This document shows, piece by piece, positions 1-10,093 of a stretch of DNA of 64,000 nucleotides (the first letter of the stretch is position 1; each line of letters opens with the position of its first letter). The translations under genes were made by a program, and so were the position numbers. The notes beneath the pieces are model-generated. The model was not told where the DNA came from, did not search any database, and was given only the letters and a program-made list of their open reading frames with translations. Origin of the DNA: Candidatus Wildermuthbacteria bacterium (GTDB lineage Bacteria > Patescibacteriota > Minisyncoccia > Minisyncoccales > UBA10102); NCBI GenBank assembly GCA_016186115.1, contig JACPMK010000003.1, positions 26,470 through 90,469 of the forward strand, given 5' to 3'.

Positions 1-849
1 CTTTCGCCATTGGAAGGCGCGGAAACGCCAGAACAAGTAAACACGATTACCAGAGTTGCCAATACGCTCGCCGGCATTAAGGATGATGCGGCACGAAGGG
101 AAGTAAAAACGATTATTGATAAGGTTCGGGATCTTGACTCCAAGCGCAACATTGCAGAGGTTCTAGGAAAAGATCCTGATTTGCGATCTGCATTTCAAAG
201 CATCAAGGAAGAACGCGATCAAATTGAAGTAGCAAGAGCGCTGGCCGGAATCAGGGGCGTTGACGAAAACGATACCAAAGCAACCCGCAAAGAAATCGCA
301 GGCATTTTGGCCAATCGCCCCGCGTTGAGCAATGTTGCCAATGTTCTTGCCTCGTTCAAGGGCGCCGAACGAACAACGGCAGCCAATACTTTAGCTACCG
401 TTCTAAATCCTCCGGCTCGAGAGCAGGTCGGAGAGCTACTTAGGAAAAATTCTCAATTCCTTGAACCGACTCTGCGGCTTTCGCAACTTGCTGCACAGCA
501 GTATGAGATACGCTTTAAGCAAAGCAACGTTGAAAAGATGCGATCGGGTATACGATCTACACAAAATGCTGGAGGAAAAATATCTGCTGCGCGAGAAGCA
601 CAATTCAAGGAAGAAGAGCGAAAGTTGGCTGAGATGGAAAAGGCGACCGCAGCGCTAGCCCAAGAGCTGGATAAATACAAGAGGGATCTCCATCAGGTTC
701 CTGATACAACCCCGCAATCTCAAGAAGCCCGACGCGTAAGAGTGGCCCAGTGGGAGACGCTTGAACGTCTTATGAAAAGCCAGAAAACAGAAGCTCCTGG
801 AGCCGGCAAGCGACAGAAAAAACAACGAAGACAAGTAGGACAACCATAG
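1..849 (+). CDS. hypothetical alpha-helical repeat/coiled-coil protein, 5' end outside window
   Basis: Frame open from window edge; repeated VANTLAGIK/VARALAGIR/VANVLASFK/AANTLATVL segments; charged coiled-coil C-terminus. Confidence 0.75.
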   Translation, partial: LSPLEGAETPEQVNTITRVANTLAGIKDDAARREVKTIIDKVRDLDSKRNIAEVLGKDPDLRSAFQSIKEERDQIEVARALAGIRGVDENDTKATRKEIAGILANRPALSNVANVLASFKGAERTTAANTLATVLNPPAREQVGELLRKNSQFLEPTLRLSQLAAQQYEIRFKQSNVEKMRSGIRSTQNAGGKISAAREAQFKEEERKLAEMEKATAALAQELDKYKRDLHQVPDTTPQSQEARRVRVAQWETLERLMKSQKTEAPGAGKRQKKQRRQVGQP

Positions 850-891
850 AATATTGAATATCAAAAGTACCTATCCAATTGAAAACAAAAC

Positions 892-938
892 GGGGCGAGA
901 CGGATTGAGCAATCTTGCTCTTTCCATCTCGCCCCTAA
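892..938. terminator. GC-rich hairpin between convergent genes
   Basis: ggggcgaga...tctcgcccc stem, preceded by aaaacaaaac (U-tract on minus strand). Confidence 0.65.
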
Positions 939-951
939 GGAGCGGCAGTGA

Positions 952-1800
952 CTAGGTTCTGGCTTGTGCTCCACCAGGTGGCGTAGGGGGGGCACCAGTC
1001 GTGGTGCCGCCGCCATTGCCACCATTCCCTGTCGCAGCCTTACCGCCTGCGGCTTCATAGCCGCGGTGGTAAAGCCACCGATCTCCCTTTTGTGCGAGGC
1101 CGGAAAGGTCCTTTTCTGCGCCGGCTAGGGCATCGCGGAGCCCCCTCTGATAGGGAGCACTCCGCTTTTGCTCCTCGGTCATTTCCTCTTCGGTCAGCGG
1201 CCGCCGTGCCTCTTTCTTGCGCGGCAGCTGACCTCCCCAAGGAGTCGATGGACGAACCTCCTCGACCGCACCCCCTCCGTAGAACTGCTGCCGTAGTCCT
1301 CGGGCCTGAACCCGCAGGTCTCGCAGCTCTGCCTCTTCTCGTAACCCATCGATCTCGTCCTGCAGCAAGAATGTTTCCTGCTGACGCTCCAAGGATCTCC
1401 TCCGCAGTTCCTCCCCTCGCTCAGCAACCCGCCACAATCTTTCTGTCCTTATTAGTTGTACAGCAACATCTGTAGGCGAGGAGGGTTGCACTGGGCCAGC
1501 GGGAGCTGCCGTCGGCTGCTGTGGAGGAGTTGTTGGAACAGGACCTCCGCCTTGCGGCTGAGGAGTCGGTTGAGGCGGCTGCTTTGCAACGACAGCAATA
1601 GAATCGGCAGCATGTTTTGCTGCCTCCTCGATCCGCCTTGTCGCGTCGTCAGTCGCCTGATTGATCTCATCGATCGGCGACCGATCGCGATCATGCTCCA
1701 TAATCCTCATAACGACGAAATACACGACCGGCGCCGCCACGACCACCACCGCGACGGCAACCAAAAAACCCAAGAAAGCGTTCGCCAATAGAAGTTCCAT
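952..1800 (-). CDS. orphan membrane-anchored protein (N-terminal TM, Pro/Gln linker, coiled coil, Gly-rich tail)
   Basis: ATG at 1800 preceded by gggaggagagac SD; hydrophobic N-terminus; TTGACA...TATAAT-type promoter upstream on minus strand (~1860-1888). Confidence 0.7.
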   Translation of the reverse strand: MELLLANAFLGFLVAVAVVVVAAPVVYFVVMRIMEHDRDRSPIDEINQATDDATRRIEEAAKHAADSIAVVAKQPPQPTPQPQGGGPVPTTPPQQPTAAPAGPVQPSSPTDVAVQLIRTERLWRVAERGEELRRRSLERQQETFLLQDEIDGLREEAELRDLRVQARGLRQQFYGGGAVEEVRPSTPWGGQLPRKKEARRPLTEEEMTEEQKRSAPYQRGLRDALAGAEKDLSGLAQKGDRWLYHRGYEAAGGKAATGNGGNGGGTTTGAPPTPPGGAQART

Positions 1801-1895
1801 GTCTCTCCTCCCTCGCCTGCGTCTTTTTTCAGACAGAACAGGCATTCTAAACTGCCACTATTATATATCATAACTATAAAAATGTCAAGATGATT

Positions 1896-2357
1896 ATGAC
1901 GAAACAATATACTCAAGATGAACTATGGAAATTATTTGATACGCTTCCTGAAGAGCTTAAGCAGGCGGTTTTTTCACCTGAAAATGCAGATCATATCTTT
2001 AATATCTGCGACCGCTATAATATAGAGCAGATGCCAAAGATTGCCTACTACGCAGGGCTCGTGCTGATGGGCATTATCCCTGCCGCTGATTTTGAGAGTA
2101 TATTAAAGAAAGAAATTGGTCTTGAAGAAGAGAAGGCGCAAACAGTTGCAAGAGAAGTTAATCGGTTTATTTTTTACCCCGCCAAGCCAGCGATCGAACA
2201 ATTGCAAAAAACCGCGGAAGCCAGCGCCAAACAAACAAAGCAAGGGACGATTTCTGCCGCACCGAGCCAACCGATTGCCAAAGAGAAAACAACGCAGGAA
2301 GAAGATATCGCGCAGAAGCCGAAAGCTCCCGATTCATACCGTGAACCCTTAGAATAG
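1896..2357 (+). CDS. conserved CPR hypothetical protein in VirB4 locus
   Basis: 153 aa, ends in DSYREPLE motif typical of CPR proteins beside prgI. Confidence 0.75.
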   Translation: MTKQYTQDELWKLFDTLPEELKQAVFSPENADHIFNICDRYNIEQMPKIAYYAGLVLMGIIPAADFESILKKEIGLEEEKAQTVAREVNRFIFYPAKPAIEQLQKTAEASAKQTKQGTISAAPSQPIAKEKTTQEEDIAQKPKAPDSYREPLE

Positions 2358-2368
2358 TATTTGGTATT

Positions 2369-2791
2369 ATGGAGTTTCAGGTGCCACAATTCATTGAACG
2401 GGAAACAAAAATTGTAGGACCGCTCACCTTCAAACAATTCGGATTTATTGGGGGAGCTGGCGCTGTTATTTTCATTCTGTATTTTTTTGTAAAAATACCG
2501 CTCCTTTTTATTCCTCTTGCTCTTGCGGTTGCCGGGATCGGGCTTACGCTGGCATTCGTAAAGATCGGGGCAAAAACATTTCCTGAATTTCTCTTAAGCA
2601 TGCTACAATTTACCGCAGGCCCCAAAACATATATCTGGAGAAAGGGGCAGCTGGCGCAGAGCCAGCAGCAAAAGCAGCAAGCAAAGATTATCCCGCCCAA
2701 AAAAGATGAGGCGCCGGAAAAACCAAAATTCAATCTTACTACCAAAAGCAAGCTTCAAGACCTCTCCACCAAAGTAACGACGCAGGAATAA
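2369..2791 (+). CDS. PrgI family protein (VirB3-like)
   Basis: FQVPQFIERETKIVGPLTFKQF N-terminus, two TM helices, PKTYIWRK. Confidence 0.9.
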   Translation: MEFQVPQFIERETKIVGPLTFKQFGFIGGAGAVIFILYFFVKIPLLFIPLALAVAGIGLTLAFVKIGAKTFPEFLLSMLQFTAGPKTYIWRKGQLAQSQQQKQQAKIIPPKKDEAPEKPKFNLTTKSKLQDLSTKVTTQE

Positions 2792-2793
2792 AC

Positions 2794-3441
2794 ATGGCAC
2801 AGGCAACAACCCAACAATTTTTGCCAATTGAAGAAATACGCCAAGGAATTTTGGTGCTCAAAGACCGGGGAGTGCGCGCGGTTCTCTTGGTATCCTCTCA
2901 AAACTTTGCTCTCAAATCAGGGGAAGAACAAGAGGCAATTATGTATCAGTTTCAGAATTTTTTGAATTCGCTTGATTTTTCTCTGCAGATTATTGTCCAG
3001 TCAAGAAGGGTAAATATTACGGGGTACCTGGACTATCTCAAAACCCTCGAGGAACAGCAAAAAAATGAGCTGTTGCAAAAGCAAACCGCAGATTACCGCG
3101 CATTCATTCATCAGTTAATTGGCGGGGGGTCGATTATGGCAAAAAACTTTTTCGTGGTGGTGCCTTTTACGCTTTTGGAAACTATTGCCTTGCCCCAAGA
3201 AAAAAAATCGCTTTTCCAGAAAACAAAAATGTTCGGCAGATTGTCAGAAGAAGAATTTGAACGCTTGAGATCACAGCTCTGGCAACGACTCGAATATGTT
3301 GCCATGGGCCTCAAAAGAGCAGGGCTTAACGCTGTGCCGTTGAATACCGAGGAATTAATTGAGGTGTTGTGGAGCTGGCATCATCCCAAAGAAGCAGAGG
3401 TCGGATACTACCCCGAAATTCCGCCCGAACTACTGACATAA
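2794..3441 (+). CDS. VirB4/TraC N-terminal-like T4SS-associated protein
   Basis: STQQFL/NFALKSGEEQEAI/FLNSLDFSLQI-type motifs; lies between prgI and virB4. Confidence 0.8.
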   Translation: MAQATTQQFLPIEEIRQGILVLKDRGVRAVLLVSSQNFALKSGEEQEAIMYQFQNFLNSLDFSLQIIVQSRRVNITGYLDYLKTLEEQQKNELLQKQTADYRAFIHQLIGGGSIMAKNFFVVVPFTLLETIALPQEKKSLFQKTKMFGRLSEEEFERLRSQLWQRLEYVAMGLKRAGLNAVPLNTEELIEVLWSWHHPKEAEVGYYPEIPPELLT

Positions 3442-3454
3442 TCCGAATCTACGA

Positions 3455-5233
3455 ATGAAATTACCCTTTCTAAAATCGAAACAGCCGGAACGAATTTTTG
3501 AGAGCGAACAAATTACGGTTCAAGATATTATCGCTCCCTCATCCATACGCGTGGATTCGGAATACCTTGAAATAAGCGGACGGCTCGCCAAATCGTTCTT
3601 TGTATTTTCTTACCCGCGGTATCTAAGCTCGGTGTGGCTTTCTTCTGCGATTAACCTCGACACGCCCATGGATATTTCGCTTTTCATTCATCCCGTTGAC
3701 ACCGGCAATATCTTGCGCCAACTTCGAAGACGCATCACCGAAGTGCAGGCAGAAATTATGGAGCGGGAAGACAAGGGTCTTATCCGCGACCCAGAACTCG
3801 AAATCGCGTTCCAGGATCTGGAGCAATTGCGCGACCAGCTGCAGACCGCGCAGGAACGAATGTTCCGATTGGGCATTTATCTTTCTGTCTACGGAGAGCG
3901 CTTTGAAGAATTGCGCGAAATTGAAACAACGCTGCGCTCCATTTTTGAATCCAAACTCATTTACATTAAGCCCGCAACCTATCAGCAAAAAGAAGGGTTT
4001 GCTTCTTGTTTGCCCTATGGCAAAGATATTCTTCAGGTGCACACCTCGCTCAACACATCGCCCCTTTCCTCGGCCTTCCCCTTCATTTCCTTTGACCTTA
4101 GCTCAAATCAAGGCATTCTCTATGGCGTCAATCTCCACAATAATTCCCTCATTCTCTTTGACCGATTTTCTCTGCCCAATGCCAATGAAGTAGTGTTTGC
4201 ATTCTCTGGCGCTGGGAAAAGCTACTATGCAAAACTCGAAATTATTCGTTCCTTAATGACCGGGACCGAAGTTATCGTACTAGACCCGGAAAACGAGTAC
4301 AAAACTCTGGCCGATGGGGTTGGAGGAAGTTTCTTTGATATTTCTTTGGGATCTGAAAACCATATCAACCCTTTTGATTTGGCCCAGCCAAGGGAAGACG
4401 AAAATGCCGCCGATGTATTGCGAAGCAATATTATCAACCTGGTGGGTTTGATGCGCATTATGCTTGGCGGCCTTACCCCCGAAGAAGACGCAATTATGGA
4501 CAGGGCAATTACCGAAACCTATGCCGCAAGAGATATCACCCCGAAATCGGATCCTGCAACTTGGGCCGAGAAAATTCCTCTCATGCAAGATCTCGAATTG
4601 GTGCTGCAAACCATGGAGCGTGCCGAATCGTTGCTGGAGCGTCTCCGCAAATTTACCACGGGCACCTACTCCAATTTTTTCAACCAGCCAACGAACATTT
4701 CACTCAACAACAATCTTTTGGTATTTGGCATCCGCGACATGGAGGAGGGGCTGCGACCCATGGCAATGTACATTATCATGAGATATATCTGGAATAAAAT
4801 TCGCTCGGAGTTAAAAAAGCGCATCCTTGTGGTTGACGAGGCGTGGTGGATTATGCAGACCGAAGACGGGGCTTCATTTCTCTACGGGGTCGCGAAGCGC
4901 GCAAGAAAATATTGGCTCGGCATCACCACCATCACGCAAGACGTTGGCGATTTTATGAAATCAGAATATGGAAAACCTATCATTACCAACTCTTCCATTC
5001 AGCTTCTTATGAAGCAATCCCCCGCAACCATTGAACTGGTGAAAAAATCATTCAACCTTACCGAACAAGAAAAAGAAATGCTTTTGTCGACAGAAACAGG
5101 GGAGGGAATTTTCTTTGCCGGGCAAAAACATGTGGCCGTCAAAGTGGTCGCATCTCCTCTCGAGCATCGCATTATTACCACCAATCCCGAAGAAATTGTC
5201 GAAATGAAACAATCAGATAAGGAAAACTCCTAA
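3455..5233 (+). CDS. virB4: VirB4-like type IV secretion ATPase
   Basis: Walker A AFSGAGKS, LDPENEY, INPFD, Walker B LVVDEAW, RARKY, ITQ motifs. Confidence 0.9.
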   Translation: MKLPFLKSKQPERIFESEQITVQDIIAPSSIRVDSEYLEISGRLAKSFFVFSYPRYLSSVWLSSAINLDTPMDISLFIHPVDTGNILRQLRRRITEVQAEIMEREDKGLIRDPELEIAFQDLEQLRDQLQTAQERMFRLGIYLSVYGERFEELREIETTLRSIFESKLIYIKPATYQQKEGFASCLPYGKDILQVHTSLNTSPLSSAFPFISFDLSSNQGILYGVNLHNNSLILFDRFSLPNANEVVFAFSGAGKSYYAKLEIIRSLMTGTEVIVLDPENEYKTLADGVGGSFFDISLGSENHINPFDLAQPREDENAADVLRSNIINLVGLMRIMLGGLTPEEDAIMDRAITETYAARDITPKSDPATWAEKIPLMQDLELVLQTMERAESLLERLRKFTTGTYSNFFNQPTNISLNNNLLVFGIRDMEEGLRPMAMYIIMRYIWNKIRSELKKRILVVDEAWWIMQTEDGASFLYGVAKRARKYWLGITTITQDVGDFMKSEYGKPIITNSSIQLLMKQSPATIELVKKSFNLTEQEKEMLLSTETGEGIFFAGQKHVAVKVVASPLEHRIITTNPEEIVEMKQSDKENS

Positions 5234-5237
5234 CGGC

Positions 5238-5678
5238 ATGGCGGAAGACGAACTTACGATTGAGAATCCCAATATGTCTCAACAAAAAACAGAAGGGGGC
5301 CAAGAGAAAGCCCGAGTGTCTCCCTTTGAGGTGGATTTTCTTTTGGTGTTTCTATTTGCGACCATTGTAGATGTAGTCGATATTATACTTGAAATTCTTT
5401 CTTTTCTTATCGTGCCGAAGCTCTTTGGAATTTTCCTTGATGCGGTTACTTTTGTCGGAATCACGTACTGGGTCTATCAAAAGACGAACAGGATTGAGAC
5501 GGCAAAAGAACGGGGTTTTCGAGGGTTATCCCCGCAAACAAAACGGCGATATCAGCGAAAAGCGCTTACAAAAGCGTTACGAAAGGTCGGGCTAACCTGC
5601 GCGGGAGAACTTATCCCATTTGTAGGACTAGTGCCCTTCTGGACCCTGCGCGTGCTTTCGACATTACGAGAAAAATGA
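5238..5678 (+). CDS. hypothetical membrane protein
   Basis: Hydrophobic segments and ELIPFVGLVPFWT motif; co-oriented with T4SS locus. Confidence 0.75.
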   Translation: MAEDELTIENPNMSQQKTEGGQEKARVSPFEVDFLLVFLFATIVDVVDIILEILSFLIVPKLFGIFLDAVTFVGITYWVYQKTNRIETAKERGFRGLSPQTKRRYQRKALTKALRKVGLTCAGELIPFVGLVPFWTLRVLSTLREK

Positions 5679-5691
5679 TACACTAAAAAAG

Positions 5692-6705
5692 ATGAGTATG
5701 AAGAAATTCTCCCTTCTCTTTTTTGCCCTTGGTTTATTTTTGCCCCTCACGAGCACAGCGTCTTTAAAACTTAATCTCTCTTATCCAAAATTTGGCGGAA
5801 TAGATCTTGAGAATAATCCGGGCCTGCAAGGCATTGTCTTGTGGATATACATTTTTATGATCGGCATTGCGGGGCTGGCCGCATTTCTTATGATTGTGTG
5901 GGGCGGAATTCAGTGGCTTTCTTCAGCGGGAAACCCGGCGCAAATTGGCGACGCAAAGGATAAAATTCAAAAGGCGCTGCTCGGTCTTTTATTAATTCTT
6001 TCCTCTGTGCTTATCTTAAACCTCATCAACCCCGAGCTAACCAATCTCCAAAGCCCATGGCTCCCCGCCCCCAAGCCGGTAGCATCCCAAGCACAAAATA
6101 ATGCTGCCCCCTTACCCGACATCCTCTTTAGAGTTGGCAGCGCTCAAAACGCTAGCGTCAAGCCGGGGGAGGATGTTACGTTGATTTGGGTCTCGAGTTA
6201 CTCTTCTTGCTCTGGCGAGAGCGACCCTCCCTTGTCGGAATGGCAAGGACCCGTTTCGCTCCCAAGTGGATCGAAGTTACTCACCATGACCGAAGAAGGA
6301 TTTTACAGGCTTATTCTTACCTGTTTTAAGGTTGGCTCGCCAATAATAGAGGAGATGGTTACCATTCGAGTTTCTTCTGCGCCTCCTCTACCTCCTGTTA
6401 ATCCTGCCGTTGAATTTCGTGCGTATAACCCAGCGACTGGAAACCCATACGCAAGCCCTATCGATGGAAAGGATGTTGTCAAAGATACAAATGGCTTTAT
6501 CAAATTTGCTTGGAGCTCTACGGGCGCGCATGAATGCGACGGAGAAAAAGAATTCTTCCTTGTGAATGGCCCGCCTATGGGAGAAAAATTAGTTGATATA
6601 TCTTCTCTTGCTTGGGGAGACCATCGCTATCGCATCCGTTGTACAAATAGAGATACTGGTGAAACAGTGCGCTCCGATGACATCATCGTTGAAATTTCGA
6701 AATAA
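5692..6705 (+). CDS. VirB2/TrbC-like pilin with C-terminal Ig-like/beta domains
   Basis: Signal peptide; GLAAFLMIVWGGIQWLSSAGNP..AKDKIQKALLGLLLIL..ILNLINP pilin motif; two Cys-paired beta repeats. Confidence 0.8.
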   Translation: MSMKKFSLLFFALGLFLPLTSTASLKLNLSYPKFGGIDLENNPGLQGIVLWIYIFMIGIAGLAAFLMIVWGGIQWLSSAGNPAQIGDAKDKIQKALLGLLLILSSVLILNLINPELTNLQSPWLPAPKPVASQAQNNAAPLPDILFRVGSAQNASVKPGEDVTLIWVSSYSSCSGESDPPLSEWQGPVSLPSGSKLLTMTEEGFYRLILTCFKVGSPIIEEMVTIRVSSAPPLPPVNPAVEFRAYNPATGNPYASPIDGKDVVKDTNGFIKFAWSSTGAHECDGEKEFFLVNGPPMGEKLVDISSLAWGDHRYRIRCTNRDTGETVRSDDIIVEISK

Positions 6706-6710
6706 AAATG

Positions 6711-7178
6711 CTAGATACCGCTTCCCTTTGGCTTGATCACAATGCGGCGGTTGGGCTCTTCGCCCACGCTCTCTGAAGTGATGTCGGTGCGGTTGCTAAG
6801 TTCGGTGTGAATAATTCTGCGGTCAGCAGCAGACATGGGCGGAAGCTCTCTCTCGTATTTTAAGAGCGCAACTTCGTCTGCGGTGGTGCGCGCCAATTCC
6901 CGTAAATACAGTTCTTTATTTTTCCGATATTCATTGATATCGATTGCGATCCGGATATTTTCTCCGGTCTGCTTTTTTATTATCAACCGCAGAATATATT
7001 GAATATCGAGCAGCACCTTGCCCTGCTCTCCAATAAAAAGGTTGGGGTCTTCTGCCTTTATTTCTATTAGACAAACTCCTTCTTCGGGAGAGCTAACTTT
7101 TATTTGCCCTTCGAGCCCGAGTTTTTCAAAAAGCTCTTTTGCAATTCGCTCAATTGTCTGAAAAATATCATCGGTCAT
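6711..7178 (-). CDS. jag: Jag/EloR (KhpB) RNA-binding protein, KH + R3H
   Basis: IGEQGKVL KH motif, MSAADRRIIH R3H motif; ATGA overlap with yidC stop. Confidence 0.9.
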   Translation of the reverse strand: MTDDIFQTIERIAKELFEKLGLEGQIKVSSPEEGVCLIEIKAEDPNLFIGEQGKVLLDIQYILRLIIKKQTGENIRIAIDINEYRKNKELYLRELARTTADEVALLKYERELPPMSAADRRIIHTELSNRTDITSESVGEEPNRRIVIKPKGSGI

Positions 7179-7912
7179 ACTTTTTTCGGTGTTTTGTGCT
7201 GCTGGTTTCTTGTGATAAACCAATACTGCCAAATGGAAAATGCGCTACTCACAGCCCAATAAAGAGAGATAACCGCGGGAAGGCGCGCTCCGATAAGCAC
7301 GATAACAACCGGGAAAACAAAAAGTGTTTGCGTCCGGAGCATAGAGGCAAAATCCGTTGCGCCCTTCTTTTTTGAATCGTCCTTTTTGGCTGGCATGGTC
7401 TGCTTTGCCTGAAAAAACTGAAGTATGCCTGCTGCGACAGCAAAAAATAAAGATTTCTGGGCCAGATCCATAAACCCCAAAAAGGAGGTATTGATGATGC
7501 CGGGCGTTGGCACGAAGGAGTATAAAAAAACAAGCTGTTCCGGGCCGAATCCTTTCCAGAAAAGTTGGTACAGGGCAATTAAAATAGGGAACTGGATAAG
7601 AAGGGGGAGTAAAGGGGAAAAGGGGTTAATCTTTTCTTTTCGATAAAACTCGAAAACAGCTTTTGCCTGCTGTTCTTTGTTGTCTTTGAATTTTTCCTGA
7701 ATTTCCTTAATCCTCGGCTGGAGCTCGGCAAACTTTTTCTGTGCGATCGCCGCTTTTGCGCTTAGCGGATACAAAACCAAACGCAGAAGTATGGTGAGAG
7801 CAATAACGGCCACCCCAAAATCCCTTCCGGGGAGATATTCGTAAAGCAAGATGAGAGCGTTGAGGAATGGCTGATACAAAAGGGTTCGAAAAAGTTCAAC
7901 AAAAAAATCCAT
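7175..7912 (-). CDS. yidC: membrane protein insertase YidC
   Basis: FGVAVIALTILLRLVLYPL, LQPRIKEIQEKFK, LLIQFPILIALY, LYW; synteny. Confidence 0.95.
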   Translation of the reverse strand: MDFFVELFRTLLYQPFLNALILLYEYLPGRDFGVAVIALTILLRLVLYPLSAKAAIAQKKFAELQPRIKEIQEKFKDNKEQQAKAVFEFYRKEKINPFSPLLPLLIQFPILIALYQLFWKGFGPEQLVFLYSFVPTPGIINTSFLGFMDLAQKSLFFAVAAGILQFFQAKQTMPAKKDDSKKKGATDFASMLRTQTLFVFPVVIVLIGARLPAVISLYWAVSSAFSIWQYWFITRNQQHKTPKKV

Positions 7913-7930
7913 AAGTTATTTCTTGATGCT

Positions 7931-8278
7931 CTATCTTCCCCTCAAAAGAAGATTCTGACGCATGAGCTTCAAAAGCCGTTCTTCTACCTGAACTTGCGTG
8001 AAGCTACGAAAATCGGGCGAAACAATCAAGACGATATCGAAACCATTGCGTATGAAGCCCAGATTTTTGCGCACAGCTTCGCGAATCAAGCGACGGAACC
8101 GATTACGCTTAGTTGCCTGCTTTGATACCTTTTTGCTCACCATAATGCCAAATCTCGAAACGTCCAGCCCATTTTCCCTTGCCCGTATTGTAAGGCCATT
8201 GGCTCGAGATACTCTGCTCTTCTGAAATACGAAGTCGAAATCTCTTTTTCGTCGAAGCCGAAAAGCGGGGGGAAGCAT
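7931..8278 (-). CDS. rnpA: ribonuclease P protein component
   Basis: RFGIMVSKKVSKQATKRNRFRR motif. Confidence 0.95.
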   Translation of the reverse strand: MLPPAFRLRRKRDFDFVFQKSRVSRANGLTIRARENGLDVSRFGIMVSKKVSKQATKRNRFRRLIREAVRKNLGFIRNGFDIVLIVSPDFRSFTQVQVEERLLKLMRQNLLLRGR

Positions 8279-8289
8279 GTGTCGCTTTT

Positions 8290-8424
8290 TTATACGGCTA
8301 ATCTTGCACGCTGTTTTCTGCGTCTGCGCTGGAGCACCCTTCTGCCCTGTTTGGTTTTGCTCCGCCTTAAAAAACCATGCGCACGACTTCTCTTCCTTCT
8401 CTTGGGTTTATAAGTAAAACTCAT
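8290..8424 (-). CDS. rpmH: 50S ribosomal protein L34 (missed by ORF track)
   Basis: Manual translation [44 protein letters not shown]. Confidence 0.95.
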   Translation of the reverse strand: MSFTYKPKRRKRSRAHGFLRRSKTKQGRRVLQRRRRKQRARLAV

Positions 8425-8580
8425 ACAATGTCAGTATACTCTCCAAATTGCGCCCGGTCAACTAAGTATTCACAACTTCTTCCCATATTTTCCACAGACA
8501 GAGCGATTCTCTTCTTTATTTGGCTCTTCAGCTTGGCATGCTATAATATCTCATTGCTTCAAATAAGCCGGTAGATTTTT
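8425..8580. promoter_or_regulatory. rpmH-dnaA intergenic region with DnaA boxes (probable part of oriC)
   Basis: TTTTCCACA 8488-8496, GTATTCACA 8466-8474, TGCTATAAT extended -10 before dnaA. Confidence 0.65.
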
Positions 8581-9939
8581 ATGACAAAAGAAGAACTTTG
8601 GCAGGCGACTCTTGCCCGCATCCAGTTCCAGGTTTCTCCTGCAAATTTTGCAACGTGGCTCCAAAATACCTATATCCTTTCAAAAAAAGATGGGCAATTA
8701 CTTGTTTCTGTCCCTAACAATTTTTCAAAAGAGTGGCTCGAAAATAAATACAATAAAGCCATTTTCAAAACCCTTCGAGAGCTGGACCCGGAAATCAGAC
8801 AAGTAGCGTACACCGTTGAAAAGATTCTCGCAAAGCAAAAAGAGCCAGAAAAAAATTCTTCGGGCGCTTGCGGCGCCGAAGCGCAGCTTGAATTTGCAGA
8901 GTTCAAAATCAATAAATCCACCAATCTTAATCCTCGGTACGCTTTCGATAACTTCATCGTCGGCCCATTCAATGAGCTTGCGCATGCGGCTTCTTTGGCA
9001 ATCGCAAAAAATCCCGGCTCCGTGTATAATCCTCTTTTTGTTTATGGAGGGGTGGGGCTAGGGAAAACCCATCTTCTCCAAGCGGTTGGGAACGAAGTTA
9101 CCAAAGAGGCGCCGGAGAAAAAAGTTCGCTATGTTTCTTCGGAACGATTCACTTCTGGAGTTGTTGCCGCAATTCGCAACCGGACGGTCGACGCCTTTCG
9201 CGTTGCCTACCGAGATATCGACGTACTGATTATCGACGATGTGCAGTTCCTCGCGGGAAAAGACAAAACCCAAGAAGAGCTTTTCCATACTTTCAATACT
9301 CTGTACGAACGAAGCAAGCAAGTTATCTTTTCTTCGGATCGTCCACCCAAATCTATTCCCGCACTAGAGGAACGCCTTCGCTCGCGTTTCGAAGGAGGCA
9401 TGATCGCAGATATCAGCATGCCCGATTATGAAACGCGTGTCGCGATCCTAAAAGCAAAGATGCAGGAAAGAAGTTTCGTACTCGAGGAGCAGATTTGCGA
9501 ATACCTCGCTTCCCACATCCAAAGGAATATCAGAGAGCTTGAGGGGGCGCTCAACCGGCTTCATGCTCATTTCCGACTCGTTAATAAAATGCCCTCCATC
9601 GCCGAAGCGCGCTCTTTGCTAAAAAGCGTCATCCAGAGTCCAAATAAATCGGTGAACTATAAAAAAATTATTGAAACGGTTGCCGAGTTTTACGACCTTA
9701 AAGAAAGGGAGATTCTCGCCGCTTCAAGAAAAAAAGAAGTGGTAAGGCCGCGCCAAATCGCCATGTACCTTCTCCGGGAAGAACTCAAAAGCTCCTTTCC
9801 TTTTATTGGAGAGAGATTCGGTGGCAAAGACCATACAACCGCAATCTATGCCTGTGAAAAAATTGGAAAAGAGATCCAGGAATCCGAAGCTCTTTTTGAT
9901 GAAATCAACTTGATACGCCAGAGAATTTACAGTGCATAA
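8581..9939 (+). CDS. dnaA: chromosomal replication initiator DnaA
   Basis: [37 protein letters not shown]. Confidence 0.99.
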   Translation: MTKEELWQATLARIQFQVSPANFATWLQNTYILSKKDGQLLVSVPNNFSKEWLENKYNKAIFKTLRELDPEIRQVAYTVEKILAKQKEPEKNSSGACGAEAQLEFAEFKINKSTNLNPRYAFDNFIVGPFNELAHAASLAIAKNPGSVYNPLFVYGGVGLGKTHLLQAVGNEVTKEAPEKKVRYVSSERFTSGVVAAIRNRTVDAFRVAYRDIDVLIIDDVQFLAGKDKTQEELFHTFNTLYERSKQVIFSSDRPPKSIPALEERLRSRFEGGMIADISMPDYETRVAILKAKMQERSFVLEEQICEYLASHIQRNIRELEGALNRLHAHFRLVNKMPSIAEARSLLKSVIQSPNKSVNYKKIIETVAEFYDLKEREILAASRKKEVVRPRQIAMYLLREELKSSFPFIGERFGGKDHTTAIYACEKIGKEIQESEALFDEINLIRQRIYSA

Positions 9940-10093
9940 CTCGACGCGAGTAAAAAAGATAAAGATGTCCGAATAAAATTCTATTTTTTTCCACAGAGCT
10001 CTCCACAACATATTCAAGCTCAACCACGAGTAACCTTCCTAAAAAACGAGGAGACAATAACAATAAACACTCTTTTATAAACTTATTACTACA
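9940..10093. other. dnaA-dnaN intergenic region, probable oriC unwinding region
   Basis: TTTTCCACA 9987-9995, CTCTCCACA 9999-10007, then AT-rich tract ending ttattactac. Confidence 0.6.

Noticed and set aside
2369..6705. Integrative conjugative element
   Set aside because: No relaxase, integrase or att repeats in the window; embedded among core genes
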